Source: Adineta vaga (taxonomy: Eukaryota; Animalia; Rotifera). From it: a stretch of 64,000 nt of DNA. This document shows positions 13,289 to 32,929 of this stretch, piece after piece. The notes under the pieces are model-generated. The model was given only the letters and a program-made list of their open reading frames with translations. It was not told where the DNA came from and did no database searches. The position numbers and the translations under genes are program-made. Location: NCBI GenBank assembly GCA_021613535.1, contig CP075496.1:12152001-12216000 (forward strand), given 5' to 3'. Positions within the stretch are counted from its first letter, which is position 1; each line of letters begins with the position of its first letter.

Positions 13289-15179
13289 ATGACTTCTCAT
13301 CTCTCGATATCTCTTATTATTATTCTATTCATTACATATGTGAAGGCAAAACCATGCGATATACTCGAGAATATGTCATGTGAATGTCATACATCTTTCC
13401 ATGGTGAAAGTGAACATTTAATATGTAATAATTTCAATCAAACAATAAATTCAACAATAAAATTAACAAATGAAACAATGCAAACAACTCGTTCTTTTGA
13501 TTCATTTCATTTAACATTTTATGATAAAAAGTTCATTGTTAATCCTATGTTTATCAACGATTTATCTTATCTTTTTCCTCGAATAACTTCTTCGATTGGA
13601 GGCAAACCTAAATCTACCTTAAAAGTGACTTTATCTTTTCATAATTTTCTTCAATTACACTTTGAAGATTATTCATTTTATCAATTATTTGGTGAAAAAT
13701 CGGATTATACAACGATATTCACCTTAGAATTAACATCCAATGGTCAAATAACATTTTCACCAATGGCATTTCATGAAATAACTGTTGATCAAATGTTTCT
13801 ACATAGTTCATCACTCGAACCATATTCATTTGAAGAAATATTTAACAATACAAATATTGGTGATTTAAATATTGAAGGTAAAAAGAAAAGAAAACAACTT
13901 GAAACGAAAGAAGACTTTTTTTACTTGTTATTCTTACAGGTTGTACACCTCGAAGTAATGTAACATCGAAAATTAATTTTAATGGTAAAATTCGCTTAGC
14001 GAAATTTACAAAAATGGTTGAAACAGTTTCCAAAGAAGAATTTCCTGATTATCCCGTTCGCTCAATGATTATTGAAGCACATGAAGCAAGAAAATTGAAT
14101 GCTTCATCATTTATAAACTATCGAAATTTATTTGGTCTTCATTTAATTCGACCAAAATTCTTCTTTGATAATCGTTCATTTGATGGTTTTCAATATTTAA
14201 CTAGCCTTGAAACAATCGAACTTGACGCTGAAACACTTAAAGGTAAATAAATAAACAATCAACATCTGTTTTAGTTTGTTTATTTGTTTTGTTTTGTTTT
14301 AGATCATACATTTCAACATGCATCACGTATTCAATATTTTACACTTGGTCCAAATACACGTCATTTAACAGAACATTCTCTTGATCATTTAGATGATTTA
14401 AAACGTTTTGATGCATCGAAAATAACTCTTGATCAATTATATCCATCATCAAAATGCGTTCTCGCACGATATATTGCTACGCAACAGAAAGCAAATCCAT
14501 TAATGACTATTTTACCACCACAAGCAGAATATTGTGATTGTATTTATGATTTTATTTTGTCAATCTTAGATAAACAACCTGATCAAACTTATACAGATCT
14601 ATGTTCAGATAATCAACAAGAACGTTGCCAATTGAGTGAATGTAATATAGTGAAAAATTTCCGTATACCAACAAGAGAGAAACCAACGGGTGACATTGTT
14701 ACTGACGAAGAATTATTCTCAACACATCGGATGCCATCTTACGTTCATCGACATCCCGCTATTTATCATTCATCTCATCCAAATAATGAACAAGATCAAA
14801 ATCAATTATCTCCTTCTGATAGACAAGTACTAATTAAATTTAATTCGGAAAATATATCTCTTCTTGTTCTTCTTTTCTTTTCAAGGACTCTCAGACATCA
14901 GCATTGAAAGCAAATAAACCAATTGATCCGAATGCAATACCAACAGACGATTATGATGATAATTCAAATCCATCATCCGTCGGAGGCAAATCTTATGAAG
15001 AACGTCGAATAATATTAAGAAATGAAACATTAAAATGGATAACATTATCGTTAGTATGTGTTACAATTCTTTGTCTTCTACTTGTTGGTACAACCATATG
15101 GTTTTTTCATTGTCGTCCAACACAACGATATAATAAAGCAGGATTCCAAGCAGTACAACCGAATAGTTCAAATGTTTAG
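13289..15179 (+). CDS. Single-pass type I membrane protein with degenerate LRR-like ectodomain
   Basis: Four exons joining ORFs 13289, 14014, 14284 and 14904. Signal peptide, N-cap CDILENMSCEC, LRR-like segments (FDGFQYLTSLETIEL, LDHLDDLKRFDAS), C-cap YCDCIYDF, TM WITLSLVCVTILCLLLVGTTIWFF, short tail ending SSNV. Confidence 0.7.
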
Positions 15180-15914
15180 ATTTTATTTCTTTGTAATCTT
15201 GCTACAAGTCTTTCAATGAAAAATTTACAAACAAACAAAGAAACTAAAAAAAATTCAATTTTTCTATTCATTTTCTCTTTCCCTCTGCCTTTCCCTTACA
15301 CCTCACGTTTTTAAAATTGATCCGGTGAAAAAAAACGAAAGGAACTTTCTCGTTTTCTTTTCTCTCTTTACATAATTGCATTATTGATGAACAGCTATGT
15401 TTACACAAATGGAATATACTCATTGCAATCTATTGATGAAGAACTATAACGGTAACTATCGATGACCTTCTATCGTATGGGAACAATTACGGATGGATGA
15501 CACGCGTATGTTCCTTTTACATTCTCGTCATTTAGTCAACTCAGGGATAATGTTCATTAAAACAAATATATATATATATGTATACATACATACATATAGA
15601 ACATATATTTAATATCCATCAACATTCCCATTAATTGCACAATTAACATAGAACGTTATATCCAGAAGACAATGTTTAAATGCAGAAAAAGTATGCAATG
15701 CTTTTTTAAATATCCGTGTCACATGTATTCAATTCCCTTTTTATATCCTTGTTCGATTTCTTTTTCTCGTATGAATTGTCGTCTCTTTTTTTCGTTTCTT
15801 TATTATTTTAATTTTAATAGGATAGATTACCGCACTCTTACTTATTCAAAAACAAAACAAAAAGAAGTTCGTTTTTTTTCTCATTTATTTATACACATAT
15901 CTTTGTTCGTTTTG

Positions 15915-16588
15915 TTATGTATTTGAATATCTTTGAAGATTATGAATTTCATTTGTTATCACTTGTGGCATGGTTGGTTTCTGTTTTGAACAAATAATTG
16001 TTCGAGGATCTCGCTGTTGATAATCGCTCAGGATATTTTCAAATTCGTAAAACATACATTTCGATGGTAATACACCATCGAGAGTAACAGATAATGAATT
16101 GGAATATGTTTTATCAAGTTCATTTCGATTAGAAACTGGTACAGGTACAGGTTGTTTTCCTGACTTAGTAGTAGGACGTACACTTTCAGACGGAGGAGTA
16201 TGTTTTGATGAACTTTGTGTAACTTCATTCCGATTTTGAGAGGCAGATGCCGGTAGTTGAGCAGGTGGTTTCGGATGATTAGTACCTGAATGAATAACTC
16301 GAGCTAAATTTACAATACTTGGAGAAAGCATTTCATGAGCGGCTTCGGATGATGCTGAGTCTGAATCAATTGTTGCTGATCTTGCATCCTCTAACAAAGA
16401 AGATAAATGCAGAGAACTTTATAAACTAAATATATACCAGATGGTCGACGTGAACCATTTGATTTTGAATGTTCCGATTCGGATAAATCTACCTTTGATT
16501 CACCGCGAATAACTGGTACTTTTGGTGAAGGTGATCCCATAATTACAGGCATTTCAGCAAACCTTTTTCTAATTTCTGCAACACTCAT
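15915..16588 (-). CDS. Hypothetical Ser/Pro-rich protein (~210 aa, 2 exons)
   Basis: ORFs 16391-16588 and 15915-16397 can be joined by a short GT-AG intron and have coding-like composition. No family recognised. Confidence 0.55.
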
Positions 16589-17335
16589 TACATCTATTTC
16601 TACTGATTAATACACTGTGTGATTCTACCAAACAAATACTTGCTAAAGAATATCTGGTCGCCTAAAAGAAAGAAAAAAAAGAGGAGAATATTGTTTTTTC
16701 TTCATTTTACATGTTTATATCTTTGTTATCAGAAAATTTTCACTCTATTACTCAGCAACAACAACAACCTAACGTATGATATCATCAAAATATTTGCACT
16801 TATCTTCATTTCTCAATAAACCACCAATTGCATTTAATTTATCTCTGAATATAAATGCATTAATCGAACTATGGAGAATCTGTTCACATACAAAAACGGA
16901 TGAAACAGAGATTTTTTTCTTTGCTTAACCTAATTCTACATGTTCACTTATTACTGTATAATTATACATACATAAAACGAACAAATTTTACTAATCCTTT
17001 AAATAAAAGTTTTATCTTTGATCTTCCCATCATTGAAATATATTACAATAATATATTGACTTATTCTCAAATTTGTTTCAACGAATTCATTTATTATTTT
17101 TCATGCTCGATCTAGATGTCATTACTGCACATGAACATTGATTCAAAAAAAAAAGTTTTCATTGGACAAAATTTTACTTCAATCATGACTCCTCTCATCC
17201 AGTTGAATAGCGTCGCGTGTCATGTCATATTATTGTGTTGTGTTGTGTGTCCTTACTTGGGAGAGAAGAAATAACACAAAAATAAATTATTTTCCTTGTG
17301 AACAATTAAAATCTTCGCAATAAAAAAGATTTCAA

Positions 17336-18078
17336 ATGCATTTCTCATACATTTTTCTCATTCTTTGTGTTTTACTCTATACATTAAATACTATTCATGC
17401 TAATGATGATGGATTTAAACGAGATAAAACACATTTAAAAAAAGATCCACGTGATTATACAGATCGTGATGTTGATAGTTTGTTTGAAGAATGGGAGGTA
17501 AGAATATTGTTTATTGATGTTAGTTAAATTAAGCAATGTTGATTGATTTAGGATAATGATGAAGATATTTTACCTGACGATGAACGACATGATTATTTTC
17601 TTCGAAGAAAAGATCGTCCAATGCTCCGCCCAGAAGATCTTGTTGGCAAAGAACCTGAACATGTGATGAAACTTTCGAAAAAAGGACAAACATTAATGAT
17701 GTTTGCCACAGTTTCAGGTTCACCAACACGACGTGAAACAGAAGAAATTACTCAAATATGGTGGTGGGGTTTGAAAAATGCTTTATACGATGTTACGCGG
17801 TGAGTTGATTTTCATCTTTTTTTTCACTTTTTAAACGAGATTTTTGTCTAGACATGTCATTGATAATAATCGTATACTACTTGTTTTAAATGATGGATCT
17901 CAAGCTTTTGAAATCAAAGATTTTCTTGTAAAACAAGAACGTTGTAAAGAAGTTACAATTGATAATCGACCTTATTATGGAAAAGGTGCTACGGTATGTA
18001 AAAATTATTATTTGAAATCATTTCATTTATTTTCTATTCTGATAGGACGAAGAAAAACTAAAAAAGAAAGAACTGTGA
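17336..18078 (+). CDS. MESD: LRP chaperone MESD/Boca
   Basis: Four exons. Signal peptide, KKDPRDYTDRDVDSLFEEWE, KLSKKGQTLMMFATVSG, TEEITQIW, DGSQAFEIKDFLVKQERC. Last exon 18046-18078 ends DEEKLKKKEL, a KDEL-like ER retention signal. Confidence 0.93.
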
Positions 18079-19451
18079 ACAATTTCTTGTTTGTTTTCTA
18101 TTGATTTCCAATCTCATACTGATTATCTCTCTTAACTCTAGTCTTGTCTCATAGTTAGTGATTCTTATCTGTTCGTTTTTTCTCTTCAAAACGCATATTG
18201 TCTGTAAACTGTGATTGTTTTTGCAATGGTCTTTCTTCTAATTTGATAATACGAACCATTTTTTTTGTGATTTATATGTATTTCAATATTGATTTTATTA
18301 GCAATAATAAATAAATTTATTTTATCTTTAGTAGAAAAAAATCGAACATATTTTTATTTATTTTCTATGAACATTAGATGAATATATATATATTCAATGA
18401 AAAAAAGATGTTTAATACAATGTGGAATACAGAAATGTAAGTTTATGTTCAAACTGTAGTAGATAAATATTAACTGTGGTAAAAGTTTGTTAACTCATCA
18501 TAGTGAATGTTTCTTTAATTATAGTTTACTATATGTTATTATTTTTGTAAAGAAATCGGAACAGCATGCAGTTTTATGACATCGAATATACTTCCCATGT
18601 TGACTACTATTCATATCAGAAAGAGAAGGAAAAGCTTAATATGGCATTAAGTTTCGTATGTCCTTTTATAAATTTGTGTTCTTCCTTTTCTATGACGAAT
18701 AATAGTGTAGACTTGCCTACTGTGCTTTTAAATGGTTTTACTGTATGTTTGTCTTAATTATTTTATAATAATACATCCATTTATTCAAGGGTATATTGAT
18801 AAATGTCAACTATTGAATAATTCTATTTTATATGACATAGAAAGTTTAAGACAACATTATTGATTTTTGTTGTAGAGAAATCGAATATCTTTGTAGGTAA
18901 GGAAATACTTTCGTTTATACTAATAAGAAATTTTTATTAAGATGAAAATCGACTGATTTTATTTTAATAATATGAAATAGAAAGTTTCATGCTTATTCAG
19001 TAAAATAGAAATAAGAAGAAAGAAAAACAACTTTAGCAAATCTCTTGTCTATTTGTCTAATGTTAAAAACATTTTCTTTTTCATATGTCTATTATTCTGC
19101 TTGAAATCGTTTCTATTAATACTTACCTGTCTTTCGTCTAATCAAATATATAGTTGTGCATGACTTCGTATAGAACGGTTATTATTCAATACGGCCTTCA
19201 GTGTGTATTATACTTTCATAATGTCTGAGAAAAGAAAATATGATTATTTCATAAAAGAGAAAACGAAGCAGAGAGAAAAAGAAAGAAATTTCTATCGAAG
19301 AGAAGTGTTTGCGATCTTGTTTATTGATCTAAAACAAATGTTACTTAACAGGAGTGTTCGCTCAAAAAACCGTGTATAAAATACTGAAATTATTTCTTCG
19401 ACAACACACACTCCACAAGTTCAATAAAAATAAATTCACGAGTGAAATTTC

Positions 19452-19764
19452 ATGGATCTTGAAAAGGTAAAATAGAGCTCGTTTTTATTCATAAAAATCA
19501 ATAATTGATATTGTTTTTTCTTCTTCTTTAATTTAGAATGATTCTCATGAAAAGACTTCATCGTCTTCCTTTGGAAATATTCTCATTCTCATGATCTATC
19601 ATCTACTTGTTAGTATCATTCTAATTGTATATATTGTCACAACATTCTGGTTTTTACAACAAATTTGGTCACTAGATGATCGTTTACATTATCAATTAAG
19701 GTTTCTAACAACAAAATTTACATTTTCTATTCGATCATTTTTATTGTTATCTTTTTTACAATAA
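19452..19764 (+). CDS. Possible small single-TM protein (~80 aa), not in the ORF track
   Basis: ATG GAT CTT GAA AAG|GTAAAA ... TTTAG|AAT GAT; exons 19452-19466 and 19537-19764 in frame. Hydrophobic stretch ILILMIYHLLVSIILIVYIVTTFWFL. Confidence 0.4.
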
Positions 19765-19874
19765 TAGAAAACTTTACTCGCTTTTCTTTCTTATTAATGT
19801 TGTACAATTTTATTTGTTAGTAGTTTTTGATAATTAAACATGAAAATTTTCAGATTGCTTTGTCTATCTTAAAA

Positions 19875-22229
19875 ATGACGACAAAAAAACGAACATCTTC
19901 GATGTTTTTGACTGATGATAATGAAGCAAAAAAACTTAAGACAGAAGATGTTCCAACAACATCTGCTTCTTCTTCTTCACCAACAATCATTAATGAAAAT
20001 CTTTCCAACAAAAAAATCTGTGAATATGGTGACGCATGTTATCGACAAAAAAATCCATTACATACAGCTGAATATGATCATCCGTGTAAATTTACTTTCA
20101 TATACCTATTACTTATTCGATTTTCTTTCCACGGAACTGATCAATATTATGAATTTTGAGAAGGGAGTACTTGTGTTTGACTTGATTAACATATCAAATT
20201 ACATTTGAAAAAAATGATTAGATGATCATGAATTTGAAATTTGTTTTTAGCTGTTCGTGAAAAATCATCAACAAATAAACGTTTATCACCTGTGGAAAAA
20301 CTTCAGCAAAGTGAACCATATCGATTTTTTCTTACGACTGTTCAAGGAATCTCGGATTCATCCAATCAATTGAATGCTATTAGTCTCAAAGGTAAACAAA
20401 GCTTTCCTTTTTCATTCAAAGAGAGAAATCTTTACCTTTTTTCGATCTAGAAATTCTCTCTGCACAACATGGTCAACTTATACGTTCAGTTCAATTTAAT
20501 TATATGTTTGATATTGAATTTATACTTGAACAATATCCATCAGAGTTTCGGTGAGTTTATTTTTTCTTTTGCCTTTATGAAATATTTCATGAAAAATTCA
20601 GACTTAAACCATTATTAATTGTTCATGGTGATTCACGAGATGATAATCATTCTTTAAAAGCTCAATGTTCACCTTATCCACAAATTGAATTATGTCCAGC
20701 TCGTCTTGATATACCGTATGGTACACATCATACAAAAATGATGTTCTTATTGTATGAAACTGGTTTACGTATCGTTATTCATACAGCAAATTTGATTCAA
20801 CAAGATTGGCGACAAAAAACTCAGGGGTACATTGAAAAGCTGTTTAAGCTAATGTTTTCTTTTTTTTTTGTCTCATTCTATGTAGTGTTTGGATTAGTCC
20901 GATTTGTCCGAAAATGAACGGAGACTCAGATGAACCGAAAACGAATTTTAAAAAAGATTTAATTCAATATGTTGAACGATATCGGGCTAAACAATTGCAG
21001 TTTTGGTTAAAAACAATCACTGAACATGATCTCAGTAGTATTAAGTACGTGAAAAAGAATTATATCACATACAAACAAAAATAAACTAAGAATATATTTA
21101 GTGTACATCTAATCAGTTCTACACCCGGTCGTCATACAGGTCCAGATATCAATAAATTTGGTCATTTAAAACTTCGACAAGTAAATTCTTGATGAAGTAA
21201 CCTATGTTACCATGTTATGATTTTCTTTAGACTTTAAAAACGTACATTGGCCTAGAAAACGATGCACAGTATTCTTCAGCACCCATTATCGGACAAGTAT
21301 GTTTTGATGTTTTCTCAAGATGAAAAATAAATCGAAGGAGAATTATGTCTTATTTCAGTTTTCAAGTATTGGATCCTTAGGTCCAAATGCAAATTCTTGG
21401 TTAACGAAAGAATTTCTTACTTCACTCAAACAACTGAATTCTTCGTCATTAGAATCTCCAGAATTAAAATTAATCTATCCATCGGTTGAGAATGTTCGTA
21501 CATCGTTAGAAGGTTATATGGCTGGCGGAAGTTTACCTTATGTATGTTAATAATAATCTTTTGTCTATGCGAATATTTAAAATCTTCAATTAGAATAATC
21601 AAAATGCAATGAAACAAGGCTGGCTTGTCAATTATCTTCAGTAAATTTGCATTTGATAATATTTTATTGAAATATTTCCTTTTCGTTTTTAGTCAATGGA
21701 AAGCAGATCATCGTCAACGTAGTCGAGCTTCTCCACATATAAAAACATATTTACGTGTTACCAATGATCAATATAAACAACTTCTATGGTTTTTAGTTAC
21801 AAGCGCAAATCTTTCGAAAGCTGGTAAGATTCTTGAATTGAATGAATAGATAATTTAACTTATATTGATCTAATCTAGCGTGGGGTGTATTTGAAAAAAA
21901 TAATACACAATTAATGATTCGATCGTAAGTATATTTTTTTATAAAAGTACATATGCTTATTTTAATGTGAATTTAAAGATATGAGATTGGTGTTTTATTT
22001 ATACCAAAACAATTTTCACAATCAATGTTTTCTATATCTGATGCACCAACATTTCCTATTCCTTTTGATTTACCGCCTATTAAATATCAATCAACAGGTA
22101 AATTCAAATGAAATTGACAATTTCGATTTTTTAAACTTTTCTATCTATTTAGATAAACCATGGATAGTCGATATTGCCTATAAAAATCAACCAGATTCAC
22201 ATGGAAATATGTGGGATCCAAGTGGTTGA
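19875..22229 (+). CDS. TDP1: Tyrosyl-DNA phosphodiesterase 1 with N-terminal PBZ zinc finger
   Basis: Multi-exon. QFNYMFD, both catalytic HxK motifs (YGTHHTKMM and RASPHIKTY), [44 protein letters not shown] motif [22 protein letters not shown]. Confidence 0.95.
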
Positions 22230-22406
22230 TCATACAAACTTTATAAACAAGCTTTATTGTAAAATTCTTCTTTTTTGTATTAAATTAAACAAGATTAAAC
22301 TCTATTAATAAATATTAAATCAGATATTAGGGTCAAATTATATTTTTTCTTCTTCTTTTATTTATTATCATAGAATTATAAATATATAAATAGAACAAAA
22401 CTTTAA

Positions 22407-29137
<6,731 letters not shown>

Positions 29138-32100
29138 TAATTATCACATGCATTTTTTTGTAATTTTCTTTTTTTTCTATATGATTCCATTGCCTTGATT
29201 TGATAAATGAATATTCTTGTTTTATAAAATGATTTTCTTTAATCGATATTCTCAATTTTATGTATAAAGAACAATTGAATTTGAAATTTGATTATATAAA
29301 ATTCATAAGAGAAAAGGATTGAAAAGGATTATTATTCAAGGAAAATGTGAAAGAATTAATAAAATATGACAAAACTGACTGACGCATATTTGATCGATGA
29401 AGAAAATCAGAACTGATGTATTGAAAGTGATTCTCTTGAACAATTAGATACTGTCGGTTAAGTGTCCTAAAGCTTTTTAAACATCAATCAAAAGAATAAC
29501 ATAGAGTAAAAAAGAACGCTCAAGGGCATAACCTATGACAGAAAAAAGACTTTTGTACTTTTTTAAATATTTATGAACATCCATTATTCAAATTGAATGA
29601 GAATTTCTCTCTCTCTCCTCTTTTTTTCAAGTTCAATAAAAAATAGTTCATATCAAACTTCTTAACAGCTTATTTGAATATCAAATAAATGATTATTCTT
29701 AAACTGTTGCTTTTTCCTATCGAATAAATCGAAGTTATTTCTCATGCAGAGAAACCAATCAAACCATTGCATTCCTTTCATATATATTTATCTTCTAATC
29801 TATTATATAATTGATTTGAAAAAAAATCTGACATGAGCTCTTTTTTCTTTCTCTCGCAATCGAGAAACAAATCATTCTTTTCGTTATCTTATATATCGAG
29901 ATGTAACTAAGCAAAAGACAATTTGGAATTTTTCCGAAGAAATAAACATAGAAATCGAAAAGTAATTTCTCGTACATGTACATCCCATGAGAAAAGACGA
30001 AGAAGAAAGTAAATGGATCTTGTTGTCCTTGTTAGAATCATCGATGTATAGATACTGATTGTTCGTACTCGTGGGAAAATGAATGAAGTAATTCTCACAT
30101 GTTCCTATATTTCTTTCATTCACAATATATTCGTACATCATCTGACGTAATGATTCAATCTAATATGACAGACTTTGCTCGTCTTATTCTCTGTTTTGAT
30201 CAATCTAATTTTGATTCTATTCTGTTTCAATAGTATGATGGTTTTATCTTTCATATTTTTCTCATATATCAGTCATACAGTTGTGCCTCTCTCCTTGTTG
30301 ACAATCACTCGAGAGTTGACTTGACAGTACAATGAGAACATTGACTACAATACTGACCAGTGAGAACTCTTTAGTGTCCGTTTGTTTCATTCTGTCTCTC
30401 TCCCTCTCTTCTCTTTTTTTTGTTCATATGAAAGGGTAAAAGAAAGATCGTTAACCATCTGTTCGCATGCAGTTTATTTGAGTACAGTAAAAGACAAAAA
30501 AAAATTCGGCTGTCTTTTTCCTTTCTCTTCTTCTTTCTTTTTCTTTCCATCGCTTTTTTTTTTACACATTCGGACAATGAACGCGTGCCATGACAAGAGA
30601 GTCATGTACAGTTCAGTTTTTGTATGTTCTGCTTCATCATCATTGTCAGTGCCACGAGAAATTAGGAAGAACGACAACGACCAAGACGACGACGACGACG
30701 ACGAGAAAAAGACGGTAGCAATGAGGTTAGTAAATGCATCTAGCAATAAAACAAACAGTCAATGGAACAGAATGAATATATGCACATATACAAATATAGC
30801 TGAACATGAGGTGGCTGACTGACTGGCTGAGTACATTAAAAATAGCCGCTACTTTTCTCTTATTCAATACGGATACCAAAGACGCGCCTGTATACCATTG
30901 CCATAATTATTCTTCGTCTTCTTTATCTCTTAGAAAAATAACAACGACGATCGCTCTGTGATTATTACCCTCGCTCATCATTATTTTCACTAGCTTTCAT
31001 CAATATTGTTTTTCCTCACTCCTCCCTGGTCATTTGTTCGATTCATTCGTCTATCAATACGCGTATCATTTTTTCTTCTCATAAACTTTGATGACGGTAA
31101 GACAATAAGACAGCGAAAGAAGAAGCCTTTTTTCTCAATCTTTTCATACGATTAATAGAGCAAATGTCTAAATTCGATCGATCGTATTACGTATGTTAAT
31201 AATCATAATAATAATCATAACGTCGAAGAATGCAATGAAGCAGCAATGATAACAGACTAAAGAGAACGACTATAGACAATTATTTATGTATATATTATAA
31301 TGTACGATTTCTTCTTGAAGCCACATAGATGTTTTTGATACTTTTCTCCTCTTACATGTTATCCTTATAAGACAAGTTAATTTCTTATTCTTGTAAGATC
31401 GTTATTCGTTCAAGGTTTATCCGTTGTTTACTTCTCCCTTCTGATTCATTTTCTTGATGATATTAAAACATATGTCGGTCTATCTGTCTGTCTGTCTGTC
31501 TTTCAGGAAAGAGTTCACTACTTAACTATTCAATGAAACGATGTCGGAAGAGAAGCGTCGGTATGGCTCATAATAATAGTCTTCAATAGATCATCTGTTA
31601 AATGCGGCATCAATATATGATATAGACATCTAAACCAAAGAGATGGGGAAAAAAACGACAGATGCAATCAAATCAAGTGAATAAATGAGTACTGCCAACG
31701 GGCGACACGCAAAATCTTCTCGATTCTTCTTTTGATAATCAATATGGTTGGTCGCGCTCGTTTTTTTTTACATACATATACTGTGATACAGTGTGTTATA
31801 GATGAGAAGTAGTATTCATTCCGCTTCGCAGACTAATTGTGCTCTGTCGATTTCAATTAAATCTGGACTCCTAACATTCAGTTACTTGTCTATCGCTTTC
31901 TCTCTCTCTCCCTCCTGAAGGCTATTCTGAGATTGTAACGAATGTGTCCCATGAGATGTCGACAAGCATAAGCCTATTCACAATCCAATTAACGTTGTCG
32001 TTTTCACTCTTTTCCTCTTTTATTCCATTTCGTCATAAGATCAACATATCCATTCTTAATTCGAACTTGACCTTGTGTTCAAACGAAACCGACATAGTCA

Positions 32101-32929
32101 GAATGACGCGACGGAAGTTAAAGAACTTTTGATTGAGATAAGTGCAATGCGAAGTGACCGTATGTCGATGATGATGTTCGTCTATAGACAATTGAATTAT
32201 ACGGATAGAATATAACATCGATGATTATGAAGTATTTCTCTTTATTAACGATTAAAAACGATTAGTTAGCTATTTAGTTGTAAAATGTCTGTTAGAATTG
32301 TCCTTGTATTTTGTAGTAGAAATGTTGTTCACTTAGTTGTATGTGTCTTTCTCTCTCTCTCTCTTTCTGTTTCTTTTTTACATGAGATCTTATTATATTT
32401 CAATTTTTTGTATGTTCGCTTGAATCTTGTGTCGTTAGTCGTATTTTTTTCTTTATCGGCAATGGTATCACGTTTTCCGTTATTGTAATCATCACTATGA
32501 CATCATTGACAATAGAAAAGAAGATAATAATAAATCGTTGCATTCTTCTTCTCTTTCATGTCATTTTCTCTCTTCTCCTCTCCTTCTTCTTTCTCTCACT
32601 CTCCTTCTCGTCTACTCAAATAACGGAAAGATAGCTGAACAATGAACATTTGTCATCAATGTCGATGTTTCTTAACTTTTTCTTACTACAACAACTAACT
32701 ACTGCTTCTTCTTCTTGTAAATTTCTTACCGTAGTTGGAGAGAAACATTCATATGGTTATGAACGACAAAGAATGACTTAAAGTGTGCCGTCAGTTCCTT
32801 CGTATCATAAACCGTTCATATTCTATTAAAAAAAAGGAATGCATACAAAATGTACCCACAGAAACAAATTAAAGAAAATCTTTTCTATTTTTTTTTCTCA
32901 TTGTAGAATGAAATAATTATGTTTTAATT

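Noticed and set aside
29138-32929. ORFs of 60-146 aa upstream of IQSEC
   Set aside because: They derive from simple repeats (CT, GAC, poly-T). More likely 5' UTR, intron or regulatory DNA.
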